51,879 nt of DNA from an uncultured Gammaproteobacteria bacterium (GTDB lineage: Bacteria > Patescibacteriota > Patescibacteriia > CAYHVQ01): NCBI GenBank assembly GCA_964360435.1, contig CAYHVQ010000002.1, positions 1 through 51,879 on the forward strand, given 5' to 3'. Positions 9,682-18,512 of the stretch are shown here, piece after piece; within the stretch, counting starts at the first letter, position 1, and each line of letters opens with the position of its first letter. The position numbers and the translations under genes were made by a program. Under the pieces are notes generated by a model. That model saw nothing but the letters and a program-made list of their open reading frames with translations. It was not told where the DNA came from and made no database searches.

Positions 9682-10062
9682 ATGGGATCACCTATGACAC
9701 TCGGAACATTAGAACGGCTCCTCATGGAAGTGATTTGGGAACACCACGATCGCGGAATTTTTTCCGTCCGCGAACTCACCCAAGAAATCAACACCTGCAC
9801 GCCGCGCCCATATGCCTACAACACCATTCTCACAGTCATGACGCATTTATACGAAAAAAAACTCCTCGACCGCCAGAAACGTGGAAAGACATTTTACTAC
9901 TCCGCAAACGTGAACAAAAAAAACTTCCTTCAGGCGGCGTCTCAAGCCATCGTGGATCAATTTCGTCAAGATTACGGCGACGTTGCATTAGTCCACTTCA
10001 TGACCTGCTTAGAATCTATAGATCCGCGCTTGCTTGAAAAAGCCCGTAAACAATCGCAATGA
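9682..10062 (+). CDS. BlaI/MecI/CopY-family transcriptional repressor
   Basis: Winged-helix pattern [28 protein letters not shown]...[36 protein letters not shown] lies 13 nt upstream of the ATG at 9682. Confidence 0.8.
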   Translation: MGSPMTLGTLERLLMEVIWEHHDRGIFSVRELTQEINTCTPRPYAYNTILTVMTHLYEKKLLDRQKRGKTFYYSANVNKKNFLQAASQAIVDQFRQDYGDVALVHFMTCLESIDPRLLEKARKQSQ

Positions 10063-11042
10063 AACAGCACGCAATCTTCCTTCGACTGGCTCCCTACGGC
10101 GTCCTCATCGGCTTTGGACTCGTTCTTTGGAGTGTCGGAACACTTCTTCTGCACGCATGGCCCTATCTCTATCTTCTCCGATCCGCGCCAGCGCCGTGTG
10201 GATGCTCATCCCTCCAGACCATCTCCGATGACCCAAAATTTTTTTCAATGCTTTTAGGAATCGCGGGACTCATGAGCTTGTATCTTGTAGCTGCTGGCGT
10301 ATCGCTGATCTGCCAACTCCTTCAAACGCGACGTTTCCTCCGTACGCTGACTCCCAGCATGACCGCAAAAAATCAGCATCTGACATGGCAACGCGTTCAA
10401 CATTCCACGCCGTGGAGTTTCACAGCTGGCCTCATTCATCCCCAAATCTTTCTTTCCACCGCCACAACTTCCCAGCTGTCCGAACAGGAAACGGCAAGCG
10501 TTCTTGCGCATGAACAGTATCACGCCCGACACTTTCATCCGTTGGCGCGATGGCTTCTCCAAGGCCTATTCTCGCCCATTCGCTGGATTCCTGGCTTTCG
10601 AACGATTGAACAAACCGTCATTCTCGCACAAGAGTACGCGGCCGATACCTTTGCCGTCCAGTCCAACGGAAAACAAAACCTCCTTCGGGCATTCACAAAA
10701 CTCGCCAACGCCGATGCCCCAGCCATCCCCGTCCCGTCGTTTCACGTCACCAATCTTCGTCTACGACTCCTGCTTGGCGAGCCCATTCAACTCCCCGTAC
10801 GGAAATTTTCCGGCGCGCTTTTAAGTCTCGCGGGAATCTTTATCGCAACCCACGCAGTGATCGGTGCAGGGCCATTATCCTCGAATGAGCAGAACAATTC
10901 ATTATTGCCCACGCCAAAAATGTGTATTCAGCTCATCCAGCAGGAACGCACACTACAGTCTGAAATTTCTAACACAGCCTGTCCGATACTCCTCCAATCC
11001 CAACCAGCGGTGGGGATAACTCAGACGCACTCGCTTGAATAA
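10059..11042 (+). CDS. BlaR1-like M56 family membrane metalloprotease (no C-terminal sensor domain)
   Basis: It overlaps the repressor gene by 4 nt. It has multiple TM helices and an HExxH motif (LAHEQYHARH). At 327 aa it contains only the protease/transducer part. Confidence 0.75.
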   Translation: MKQHAIFLRLAPYGVLIGFGLVLWSVGTLLLHAWPYLYLLRSAPAPCGCSSLQTISDDPKFFSMLLGIAGLMSLYLVAAGVSLICQLLQTRRFLRTLTPSMTAKNQHLTWQRVQHSTPWSFTAGLIHPQIFLSTATTSQLSEQETASVLAHEQYHARHFHPLARWLLQGLFSPIRWIPGFRTIEQTVILAQEYAADTFAVQSNGKQNLLRAFTKLANADAPAIPVPSFHVTNLRLRLLLGEPIQLPVRKFSGALLSLAGIFIATHAVIGAGPLSSNEQNNSLLPTPKMCIQLIQQERTLQSEISNTACPILLQSQPAVGITQTHSLE

Positions 11043-11094
11043 TTTTAGGATCAACTATATAATATAGGAGATTTATTCTTCATCCTTTCGTTCT

Positions 11095-11889
11095 ATGAGT
11101 GAAAGTGAACAGAAAAGCTTTTTTGAGCAAATTCCGGCAAAATTCGCATTTGCCTTTGGGATCGTTTCCGCGACCGCGCTATTCAGCGTACTTGCGCTCG
11201 TGTTAATTCTGTCAAAAGGATTCTCGCTTCCGGGAACGGCGCAAAACGGAAATGGCGGTGCTGTTCTTGGAGCGACAGACACCACCGGCGATCCAACCCC
11301 ATCCCCTACTGATACTGCCCCGTCCGGCGGCGGAACCGCGCCCACTGTGCCCTCGGGAACCATTGAACCAAAAACACTAACGAACGTCCGAGGAACCGGA
11401 AAGTTAACTGTTGTGGAATACTCGGATTTCGAGTGTCCATTCTGCAAGCAATTCCACGCAACCCTTCAACAGGTCTTAAAGGACTTTGATGGAAAAGTTC
11501 GATGGTCATACAAACATCTGCCTCTTGAAAGTCTCCACTCGAAGGCACTTCGGGAATCCATGGCGAGCGAATGCGCCGCAAAACAGGATAAATTTTGGGA
11601 ATACGCCGATCAGATCTTTACTAAGACATCGTCAAATGACAGCCTTCCGGATGAAGAGCTCTTTACGATTGCAGATGCCGTTGGCCTCGATCGGAAAGCC
11701 TTTGATGCTTGCTTAGCCAACGAAGAAACCAAAACGAAAGTCCAAGCCGATGCCGCAGAAGCGCAGAAGCTTGGCGGAACTGGAACGCCGTACAGCGTGA
11801 TTATTGATGAAAAAGGAAAAATCCTGAATGTCATTCCGGGCGCGTACCCGTATGCCCAGGTTTCGTCCGTCATTCAGAAATATCTCTAA
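11095..11889 (+). CDS. membrane-anchored DsbA-family thiol:disulfide oxidoreductase (CPFC)
   Basis: N-terminal TM helix, Pro/Thr/Gly linker, and a thioredoxin-fold motif VVEYSDFECPFCKQFH. Confidence 0.8.
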   Translation: MSESEQKSFFEQIPAKFAFAFGIVSATALFSVLALVLILSKGFSLPGTAQNGNGGAVLGATDTTGDPTPSPTDTAPSGGGTAPTVPSGTIEPKTLTNVRGTGKLTVVEYSDFECPFCKQFHATLQQVLKDFDGKVRWSYKHLPLESLHSKALRESMASECAAKQDKFWEYADQIFTKTSSNDSLPDEELFTIADAVGLDRKAFDACLANEETKTKVQADAAEAQKLGGTGTPYSVIIDEKGKILNVIPGAYPYAQVSSVIQKYL

Positions 11890-11907
11890 CCGTTTGATGC
11901 ATCTCTT

Positions 11908-11935
11908 GCTGGCGGTGACAACAATCACCGCCAGC
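11908..11935 (+). terminator. candidate intrinsic terminator of the blaI-blaR1-dsbA unit
   Basis: 11-bp stem GCTGGCGGTGA / TCACCGCCAGC with a 6-nt loop, followed by TTTGT. The 3' arm overlaps the last codons of the convergent 11925-12581 gene. Confidence 0.5.
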
Positions 11936-12581
11936 TTTGTGCTTGAGCGTATTCCTCTGGCGTTCCCACCGGCTGCCAGTGCGTCATCATGACCGCCTGA
12001 ATGGGGACTCCAGAAGATGTCATGGTCTGCGGTAATCCCACCTCGCGATGCACGGTTCCCTGAATCGCGGTTGGTGCAACATCAAAAATACGCGCATCCA
12101 AGTGAAACGCGCCAATGCAAACATTTCGCGGGCGTCCATTCGGTGCCGTGCGATCAATCCTCAAAACGTGCTGATCCTCCACGACGAGATGGCTTCCGGA
12201 ATCGCGGCACTCCATCACCCCCATCGCCCACGCCGGGATTTGTGACAAACGCGCGAGATCTTGTGTGTCGTAAAGGTTGTCGCCAAAAAGAACCAAAAAC
12301 GAATCCGTGTGAATCGCCGTTCTTGCGACACGAAGCGCAGAAAAAGTTCCCCGTAAATCCGGCTGATCCACAAAAAATACGCGAGGATCTTTCACCGCCA
12401 ACCGGATCTGATCGGCATGGGTATGCACAACCATCACAACTCGCTCAACGGTCGCCGGAAGCGATTCCAATATCCACTCAATGGTCGGTTTCCCGCAAAT
12501 CGAAAGCAAACTCTTTGGCGTTTCATCGGTCAGGGGTCGCAGACGCTTGCCCTGGCCAGCAGTGAGGATGACAGCATCCAT
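11925..12581 (-). CDS. sugar-phosphate nucleotidyltransferase
   Basis: N-terminal NTP-transferase signature [26 protein letters not shown]. Confidence 0.75.
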   Translation of the reverse strand: MDAVILTAGQGKRLRPLTDETPKSLLSICGKPTIEWILESLPATVERVVMVVHTHADQIRLAVKDPRVFFVDQPDLRGTFSALRVARTAIHTDSFLVLFGDNLYDTQDLARLSQIPAWAMGVMECRDSGSHLVVEDQHVLRIDRTAPNGRPRNVCIGAFHLDARIFDVAPTAIQGTVHREVGLPQTMTSSGVPIQAVMMTHWQPVGTPEEYAQAQSWR

Positions 12582-12604
12582 GGTGGTGTGCTAAAGTAAA
12601 GGTG

Positions 12605-12916
12605 ATGCCGATCAATCTTTCATCATTTCATCTCACACTTCCGATCTGGATCCTCTTGGGTGTTTTAGGACTTCTGAACCTCGCAACATTCATCCTCTAC
12701 GGGGTGGATAAAACAAAAGCGCTTGCAAACACTCGGCGAATCCCAGAAAAAACACTGTGGCTCTTTGCGCTGTTGGGCGGATCGTTCGGCGCCATCTTGG
12801 GAATGAAATGTTTTCATCACAAAACCCGAAAAACGTCCTTCCAATTCATCTTCTCTTTAATCCTCCTCATTCAAACGGTCGTAGTCGTTGGGATTATTTG
12901 GTTACTTAGCCGCTGA
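12605..12916 (+). CDS. DUF1294-family small membrane protein
   Basis: Pattern [45 protein letters not shown], typical of DUF1294. ATG at 12605, with an in-frame GTG at 12602. Confidence 0.75.
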   Translation: MPINLSSFHLTLPIWILLGVLGLLNLATFILYGVDKTKALANTRRIPEKTLWLFALLGGSFGAILGMKCFHHKTRKTSFQFIFSLILLIQTVVVVGIIWLLSR

Positions 12917-13522
12917 AACCGTCACGTCTTCAATAACAACGTCTTCCACTGGCACATCGCTTTCGTCTGTGGCCGTTTTTTCGATGGCGTCAACAACGTC
13001 CATCCCACTCATGACGCGACCGAACACCGTGTGTTTTCCGTCCAGCCATGGCGTGGATTCCGCGGTGACGATAAAAAACTGACTCCCATTCGTGTCGGAT
13101 CCAGCGTTCGCCATTGCAAGAACCCCACGGACGATTTTATTCGCATTGATTTCATCCTCAAACGTATACCCCGGACCGCCGGTTCCGTACGTTGCCCGAT
13201 TTCCAGATTTAGAGTTAGGATCCCCACCCTGAACCATAAAATCTGGAATCACCCGATGGAACAAGGTTTTGTCATAAAAATCGGAGCTCGCCAACGACAA
13301 AAAATTCTCTACGGTCTTTGGCGCGTCTTTAGAAAATAATTCCAAAACAATCTCACCCTTGTTTGTTTTCAGCGTTGCAGTGGGATTATTCATCGCACCC
13401 GCCACAGCTTCCTCCGCAGGCGCATTCCTCTTCACTGTCTCCGCAGGGGTCGTTTGACATCCGGCTCCCAGAAAAAGCAAAACGGCCACCAGTAGAAACG
13501 GCTGAACGTTTTTTGTAAACAT
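12902..13522 (-). CDS. cyclophilin-type peptidyl-prolyl cis-trans isomerase, probable lipoprotein
   Basis: Cyclophilin core [21 protein letters not shown]...[15 protein letters not shown]. The ORF is trimmed to the ATG at 13522, which gives the signal peptide [22 protein letters not shown] with a Cys lipobox-like end. Confidence 0.88.
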   Translation of the reverse strand: MFTKNVQPFLLVAVLLFLGAGCQTTPAETVKRNAPAEEAVAGAMNNPTATLKTNKGEIVLELFSKDAPKTVENFLSLASSDFYDKTLFHRVIPDFMVQGGDPNSKSGNRATYGTGGPGYTFEDEINANKIVRGVLAMANAGSDTNGSQFFIVTAESTPWLDGKHTVFGRVMSGMDVVDAIEKTATDESDVPVEDVVIEDVTVSAAK

Positions 13523-13539
13523 GAGACATGCTTGAATCG

Positions 13540-14334
13540 TTAATAATCTGTCGGTTGAGAGGCGCAAGGCGCAAACACTCGCTTCACCACAAAAATCAAA
13601 ACTCCGCCAATAGCCATAAGGATACTGAAATATTGCGCCGCTGTCAACCCCCACCACCGCAGATCTGACTCCGGAAGATCCGTTGCCCGCAAGAAATCCA
13701 AAAGAAATCGCACCGTGCCATACCAAACCATAAACGCCCCGAGATAAAATCCTTCGCGCTTGGAAGCAGGATACCGTTGAACCAGCCAAAAAAATGCAAA
13801 CAGGATCAGCCCATTGATCGAATCATACAATCCGGTTTCATGCCGAATAGCCCCGAAGTAACTAATCCCCCATGGCACAGATGTGAGTTTGCCTGGATGA
13901 TCGTGGATCGAGAAACATCCCATCCGGCCAATGAAGATCCCAAGGGGAAGCGCAAACGCGAGGACATCCGCGTGATCCCAAAACCGCCAGTGTTTCCACC
14001 GCATGACGAGCAGAGTTGCGACCGCGGCGCCAAGATACCCGCCGTAAATGGTTAACCCCCCCTCCCAGATGCGCAAAATCTCCAGTGGATGTGAAAGATA
14101 AAAAGATAGGTCGCCAACGATGTACGTCAACCGCGCAAAGACCATGGCGCCGAGGATAATCCAAAATCCGAGATCAAAAACCGCGTCCGCATTCACCCCA
14201 CGGCGGCGCGCCGTTTGAACCGCCAGCGCAATCCCCGCAAGAAACCCCAAGGCAACCCACAGACCCCACGCGTGCAAGGTGAGAGGTCCGATGGAAAATG
14301 TCGTGAAAGAAAAATATGGAATCGCTAATAACAT
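13540..14334 (-). CDS. lgt: prolipoprotein diacylglyceryl transferase
   Basis: A polytopic membrane protein of 264 aa with the Lgt pattern ([20 protein letters not shown]..., [17 protein letters not shown]). Confidence 0.9.
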   Translation of the reverse strand: MLLAIPYFSFTTFSIGPLTLHAWGLWVALGFLAGIALAVQTARRRGVNADAVFDLGFWIILGAMVFARLTYIVGDLSFYLSHPLEILRIWEGGLTIYGGYLGAAVATLLVMRWKHWRFWDHADVLAFALPLGIFIGRMGCFSIHDHPGKLTSVPWGISYFGAIRHETGLYDSINGLILFAFFWLVQRYPASKREGFYLGAFMVWYGTVRFLLDFLRATDLPESDLRWWGLTAAQYFSILMAIGGVLIFVVKRVFAPCASQPTDY

Positions 14335-14372
14335 ATAACGTCATCCTATATCATTCGAGTCAAACAAACAAG

Positions 14373-14404
14373 AATCCCGCACCGTTTTTCGGCAGTGCGG
14401 GATT
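14373..14404 (-). terminator. candidate intrinsic terminator ending the redox/pentose operon
   Basis: 10-bp stem AATCCCGCAC / GTGCGGGATT. On the minus strand it is followed by CTTGTTTGTTTG. Confidence 0.5.
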
Positions 14405-14420
14405 ACTCCTTAAAGACAAT

Positions 14421-14483
14421 CTACTCGCAAGTGCATTCTCCTGTATCCTTATCGCCTCCGCATGTTGGACATGTGTCGATCAT
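14421..14483 (-). CDS. possible 20-aa Cys-rich micropeptide (MIDTCPTCGGDKDTGECTCE)
   Basis: An ATG lies 11 nt after the rpe stop and TAG at 14421. The ORF sits between rpe and the terminator hairpin. It has no Shine-Dalgarno site, and an ORF this short could occur by chance. Confidence 0.2.
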   Translation of the reverse strand: MIDTCPTCGGDKDTGECTCE

Positions 14484-14493
14484 AGGATCGTTG

Positions 14494-15147
14494 TTAAGAA
14501 TTAGAGGTCAACTTTTTTAATTGCTCAATCGTCTTTCCAGGATTCGGTGCCTGAAAAATTGCGGATCCCACACAGAAAATCGTTGCTCCCGCGGACTTAA
14601 TCTCTTGGATATTCTCTGCCGTGATTCCGCCATCAACTGCAATGGGGATGCTCGGATTCATTGCACGAAGCTCGCGGATTCGATCGAAAACGCGACGGTC
14701 AAGGGGTCGGCCTTGCGCGCCTGGCTCGATCGCCATCAACTGCACAAGATCAACGGTTGGCAAAAGCTCTCGAACGGCCGCCACCGGCGTTTGAAGATTT
14801 AGCACGACACCCACCTCCACTCTATAATCATGCACCATAGAAATCGATTCTCGAAGATCCTGACATACTTTCCCGCCTTGACAAACTTCAAATTGAATGA
14901 GGATACGTTTCACACTCGGCTTCACCCACCGAATAGCCGCAATCTCCGGATCCTGCACCATGAGATGAATGTCATAATCGAGATCAGAAATCAAATCTCC
15001 CAACTGATCCGGATCATTAAACGTTGTTTCCGGAACAAATTGCCCATCTGCAACATCGATTTGGACGCGATTGACAAAAACCTCGACTTGACGGATGCGC
15101 TCTTGAAGTTCCGCCAACGTCTTTTCCATGATTGCGGGAATGATCAT
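14494..15147 (-). CDS. rpe: ribulose-phosphate 3-epimerase family protein
   Basis: TIM-barrel motifs IDVADGQFVP, HLMVQDPE, MAIEPGAQG and AVDGGI. It overlaps rpiB by ATGA. Confidence 0.8.
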   Translation of the reverse strand: MIIPAIMEKTLAELQERIRQVEVFVNRVQIDVADGQFVPETTFNDPDQLGDLISDLDYDIHLMVQDPEIAAIRWVKPSVKRILIQFEVCQGGKVCQDLRESISMVHDYRVEVGVVLNLQTPVAAVRELLPTVDLVQLMAIEPGAQGRPLDRRVFDRIRELRAMNPSIPIAVDGGITAENIQEIKSAGATIFCVGSAIFQAPNPGKTIEQLKKLTSNS

Positions 15148-15611
15148 CGTGAGGATATTAAATGCTTTTTTTCGTATGCGCGAATCTGCCCAAGTCGACG
15201 CCGATGCCTCGGGGCTGAATCTCGTGTGGTGTTCAAAAACGCATCAACGATCTTCTTCGCTTGAGGAAACGTCAAAAAGTCCGAAGCGAGAACCAAGACA
15301 TTCGCGTCATTTTTTTGCCGAGCAAGCCGCGCGATTGTTGGATTCCAGGCGTCAACCGGCCGGACACCAAAAACTTTTGCGGCCGCAATCGCCATTCCTG
15401 TTCCGCTCCGGCAGGCAAGGATTCCAAAACACTGCCCGCGCCCGCGTGCAATGGCCTGTGCAACCTCAAACGCAAAAACCGGATAATCGTCTTCAGCTAA
15501 GGCATCCGATGAACCAGATTCTTTCACCACAACGCCAAGAGAACACAGATACGCCCCGATCTTCTTTTTGAGCAAAACGCCGCCGTGATCTGCGCTAAGA
15601 TGGATCACCAT
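15144..15611 (-). CDS. rpiB: ribose-5-phosphate isomerase B (RpiB/LacA/LacB family)
   Basis: Motifs LSADHGG and ILACRSGTGMAIAAAK; 155 aa. Confidence 0.88.
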   Translation of the reverse strand: MVIHLSADHGGVLLKKKIGAYLCSLGVVVKESGSSDALAEDDYPVFAFEVAQAIARGRGQCFGILACRSGTGMAIAAAKVFGVRPVDAWNPTIARLARQKNDANVLVLASDFLTFPQAKKIVDAFLNTTRDSAPRHRRRLGQIRAYEKKHLISSR

Positions 15612-15616
15612 GTGGG

Positions 15617-16144
15617 TTACTCAACAATCAACTTCCCCGTCATCGTCGTGTGACCAGAACCGCAAATGATGTTACAAGAAAACGGGAATGTGCCAATTTT
15701 ATCAGGAGTAAATTCGACGGTCGTAGTCTTCCCTGGCGCAAGACTCGCACTGACATTGAACTCTGGAAGAGAGAACCCATGGGTCACATCCTGACTCGTG
15801 ATCAACAACTTCACCGGCGTCCCCTTCTTTACGGTGATCGCCGAAGGGCTAAATTCAAACTGCTTTGCAGTCATTGCAATGGTCTTTGTCTCGATCGCAT
15901 CTGCCACATCTTCTGCGACATCCCGAACCTCCTTTGCAACCTTATCCTTTACTGCTTCCGCCGCATCATCCGCAACATCCTTCGCTGCGTCTTTTGCCTC
16001 GTCCGCCACCTTTTCTGCGGCCTCTTGGGCAGCATCCGTAGCGCGATCAGCAGCTCGATCTGCAATATTTTCGGCCTTTTGCGCACATCCCGCACCCGTC
16101 AAAGCGACCGCAAGACCGAGGGAGAGAAACCATAAACGCTTCAT
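15617..16144 (-). CDS. lipoprotein with an A/D/E/K-rich repeat linker and a CuA-type (COX2-like) cupredoxin domain
   Basis: Signal MKRLWFLSLGLAVALTGAGC. The C-terminal domain is DVTHGFSLPEF...FSCNIICGSGHTTMTG, which matches H-x34-C-x3-C-x3-H-x2-M, the CuA ligand spacing. Confidence 0.7.
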   Translation of the reverse strand: MKRLWFLSLGLAVALTGAGCAQKAENIADRAADRATDAAQEAAEKVADEAKDAAKDVADDAAEAVKDKVAKEVRDVAEDVADAIETKTIAMTAKQFEFSPSAITVKKGTPVKLLITSQDVTHGFSLPEFNVSASLAPGKTTTVEFTPDKIGTFPFSCNIICGSGHTTMTGKLIVE

Positions 16145-16204
16145 AAAAAATCCATTAAAAATCATTAACGCTGTGGATATGATCTCATTATAGCGAATCT
16201 GGAA

Positions 16205-16459
16205 CTATCCGCCAAGAAGTTCTGTCAAGGCCTTCCGATCGTAACCGACGACAACATGATCCTTTCCCGCGTCATCCGTCAAGATGGTAACCGGAACTCC
16301 GGTCTGCCCGCTTTTGTGGCGCGATTCACTCGCCTTGGAAAAATCCTCTACAATGTTCCATTCTTCATACGCAATCCCCCGCTCCGCAAAAAACGCCTTT
16401 GTCTGATTGCAGTAGGCGCACGTTGGCGTTGTGTAAATTTGGACTCGTTTCATAACCAT
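16205..16459 (-). CDS. glutaredoxin-like protein (CAYC)
   Basis: 84 aa with VQIYTTPTCAYCNQTKAFFAERGIAYEEWNI and GVPV. Confidence 0.75.
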   Translation of the reverse strand: MVMKRVQIYTTPTCAYCNQTKAFFAERGIAYEEWNIVEDFSKASESRHKSGQTGVPVTILTDDAGKDHVVVGYDRKALTELLGG

Positions 16460-16469
16460 TTATTAACAA

Positions 16470-17228
16470 TCAGCGGACTTTTAATTCTGACGCAATAATT
16501 TGCTTCCACACATCCAGCGAAACATCGCCTTGAACGCGCTTTCCGTTCACGAAAAACGTCGGGGTGCCTCGAACACCCGCCGTCACCGCATCCGCCGTAT
16601 CTTTCTCAATTTCATCGAGCATGAGGCCGGAATTCAGACACGCAGAAAACAGCTCAACATCCAGCCCGATCTCCTTAGCATATTGTTCAAAAGCCGTCTG
16701 GGTGAGCGAAAACGGATTTTGATAAATCTTATCGTGCATTGGCCAGAAGGATCGTTGTGCATCCGCGCATTCCCCCGCTTGCGCGGCAAGTAGCGCACGC
16801 GGGTGAACATCTTGAAGCGGGTAATCGCGATAAACGAATCGAACCTCCTTTGGATACAAATAAGTCAGCTCGCGGAGTGCGGAAAAGGAAGCCTCGCTGA
16901 ACGGACATTCATAATCTTCAAACGCGATAATTTGAACGGGTGCCCCTACTGGCCCAAGAGAAGGGTCATCATCCGCGGACACATCGACAACTCGTCGCAG
17001 ATTCTCCGCCGCCTCTTTCGAAGAGGTCGTAAAACGATCCGAAACAAAAATTGCTGGATCCAGCGTTCCCGCTTGAATTTGAGCGTAATACGAACGAACG
17101 GTCAATGAAAATCCGCCAATAAGAATCAAAAAAAGAATCGCCCCGAAAAGCATCAGAACTCCCCACCAGCGGCGGTACCACTTTGGCGGTTCATAGAGGG
17201 GTAAATTCTCCGCAAAGACATCAGTCAT
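16470..17228 (-). CDS. membrane-anchored DsbA-family protein with a monothiol CPFS site
   Basis: TM helix WWGVLMLFGAILFLILIGGF. The thioredoxin-fold motif IIAFEDYECPFSEASF has CxxS instead of CxxC. Confidence 0.75.
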   Translation of the reverse strand: MTDVFAENLPLYEPPKWYRRWWGVLMLFGAILFLILIGGFSLTVRSYYAQIQAGTLDPAIFVSDRFTTSSKEAAENLRRVVDVSADDDPSLGPVGAPVQIIAFEDYECPFSEASFSALRELTYLYPKEVRFVYRDYPLQDVHPRALLAAQAGECADAQRSFWPMHDKIYQNPFSLTQTAFEQYAKEIGLDVELFSACLNSGLMLDEIEKDTADAVTAGVRGTPTFFVNGKRVQGDVSLDVWKQIIASELKVR

Positions 17229-17248
17229 GCGGGTATTATACCAGAAAT

Positions 17249-17710
17249 TTAGCGTAAACGCTCATCGAGTGTCCAGCGCACGGGCGTCATTGCCAGCCAG
17301 ACGAGCATCCCCACGAGCACAACGTCTCGCAGAAGAACTTCTTCTAGACTCGATCCCAAAAATTGCGCGTTGCCAAAACATCCGCAATCCTCAATCGTCC
17401 GCCCCCGCAGAAGATTCACTCCGAGTGCAATCATAAAACTGGCGAGCATAAGTCCGGTCACCGCCAAACTCCACTGAAAATACAAACCAACAACAAGAAA
17501 AATGCCGGTGATCACCTCAACCCACGGGAGCAATGTTCCAAAAAGAATCCCCAATGACTCGGGAAGAATCTGATACTGATGGACGATCGCGATGAACTCG
17601 GATCGCGGGGCAAGAAGCTTGAGCGTCCCTGACGTGATAAACAGCCCTCCTAAGAGCAGGCGCAAAATCAGATGTATCACAGGATGATCGAACCATCGGC
17701 GGAACGACAT
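17249..17710 (-). CDS. MauE/DoxX-family membrane protein
   Basis: Four predicted TM helices, LLRLLLGGLFITSGTLKL, and a CGCFG motif (IEDCGCFGNAQ). Confidence 0.7.
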   Translation of the reverse strand: MSFRRWFDHPVIHLILRLLLGGLFITSGTLKLLAPRSEFIAIVHQYQILPESLGILFGTLLPWVEVITGIFLVVGLYFQWSLAVTGLMLASFMIALGVNLLRGRTIEDCGCFGNAQFLGSSLEEVLLRDVVLVGMLVWLAMTPVRWTLDERLR

Positions 17711-17722
17711 GGCGACATAGCT

Positions 17723-18451
17723 CTAACGAATCTGGGAGTCAATTTTTTGCGAAAGACTTTCAACGGATCGAACACCATTGTACACCGACCCGTTGATGAT
17801 GACGGTCGGCGTTGCGCTAATTCGCCGCGAGCGCGCTTCCTGAACGTCCTGATCAATGGATGCTGTGATAGATTCGTCGTCTTGCGCAGTATCAAAGGCC
17901 GAAAGATCCAACCCCAGTTCAGCGGCATAGGATCGAAAAATTTCTTTCACGCGAGCCGAGGACTGCGTCGTCCAGTCTTCTTGATTTTCGTAGAGGAGGT
18001 CGTGATATTCCCAAAATTTACCTTGCGCGGCGGCGGCGGCGGCGGCGATTGCGGCCACTCGGCCGTAACGATGAATTGAGAGCGGAAAATCATTGTACAC
18101 CACTTTGATTTGATCGCCATACTTCGCCATCAATTCTTTTACCGTTGGTTGAAAAAATCCGCACGCTGGACACTGAAAATCTTCATATAATTCAATGACC
18201 ACCGATGCGCTTTCTCCGCCCTTAAATGGATCGGGAATTTCGGAAACGCCGCGAACCGTTCCATCCGAAGCTCCGGGCGACAGCTTGAGCAGCCCAAAAA
18301 CCACAATAACCAACGCCGCAATGACCCCCGCGCCGATGAGCCGACGATGACTCCGCGCATCCAACTGGGACTGTTGCTGTTCTGTCTGTTCTTCCTGTTT
18401 TTTCAGTTCTCGCCGTTGCTTTTTTGTGAGCGGCTGCTCTGGATTTTCCAT
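17723..18451 (-). CDS. membrane-anchored DsbA-family thiol:disulfide oxidoreductase (CPAC)
   Basis: K/E/Q-rich N-terminus, a TM helix, the motif VIELYEDFQCPACGFF, and a poly-Ala run encoded by (GGC)n. Confidence 0.8.
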   Translation of the reverse strand: MENPEQPLTKKQRRELKKQEEQTEQQQSQLDARSHRRLIGAGVIAALVIVVFGLLKLSPGASDGTVRGVSEIPDPFKGGESASVVIELYEDFQCPACGFFQPTVKELMAKYGDQIKVVYNDFPLSIHRYGRVAAIAAAAAAAQGKFWEYHDLLYENQEDWTTQSSARVKEIFRSYAAELGLDLSAFDTAQDDESITASIDQDVQEARSRRISATPTVIINGSVYNGVRSVESLSQKIDSQIR

Positions 18452-18483
18452 AAAAATATGTTAATTTGACTCGAATGACTCCC

Positions 18484-18512
18484 ATTATACTATACCGCAT
18501 AGGAGATGTCAA
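18484..18512 (-). promoter_or_regulatory. consensus sigma70-type promoter for the redox/pentose operon
   Basis: The minus strand reads TTGACA (18512-18507), a 17-nt spacer, then TATAAT (18489-18484). It lies 33 nt upstream of the ATG at 18451, and the -35 box overlaps the stop codon of the upstream gene. Confidence 0.55.

Noticed and set aside
18029-18047. (GGC)6 trinucleotide run inside the DsbA gene (poly-Ala AAAAAAA)
   Set aside because: It is in frame, short and in a linker-like position. Length changes would not cause phase variation, so it is not a regulatory repeat.
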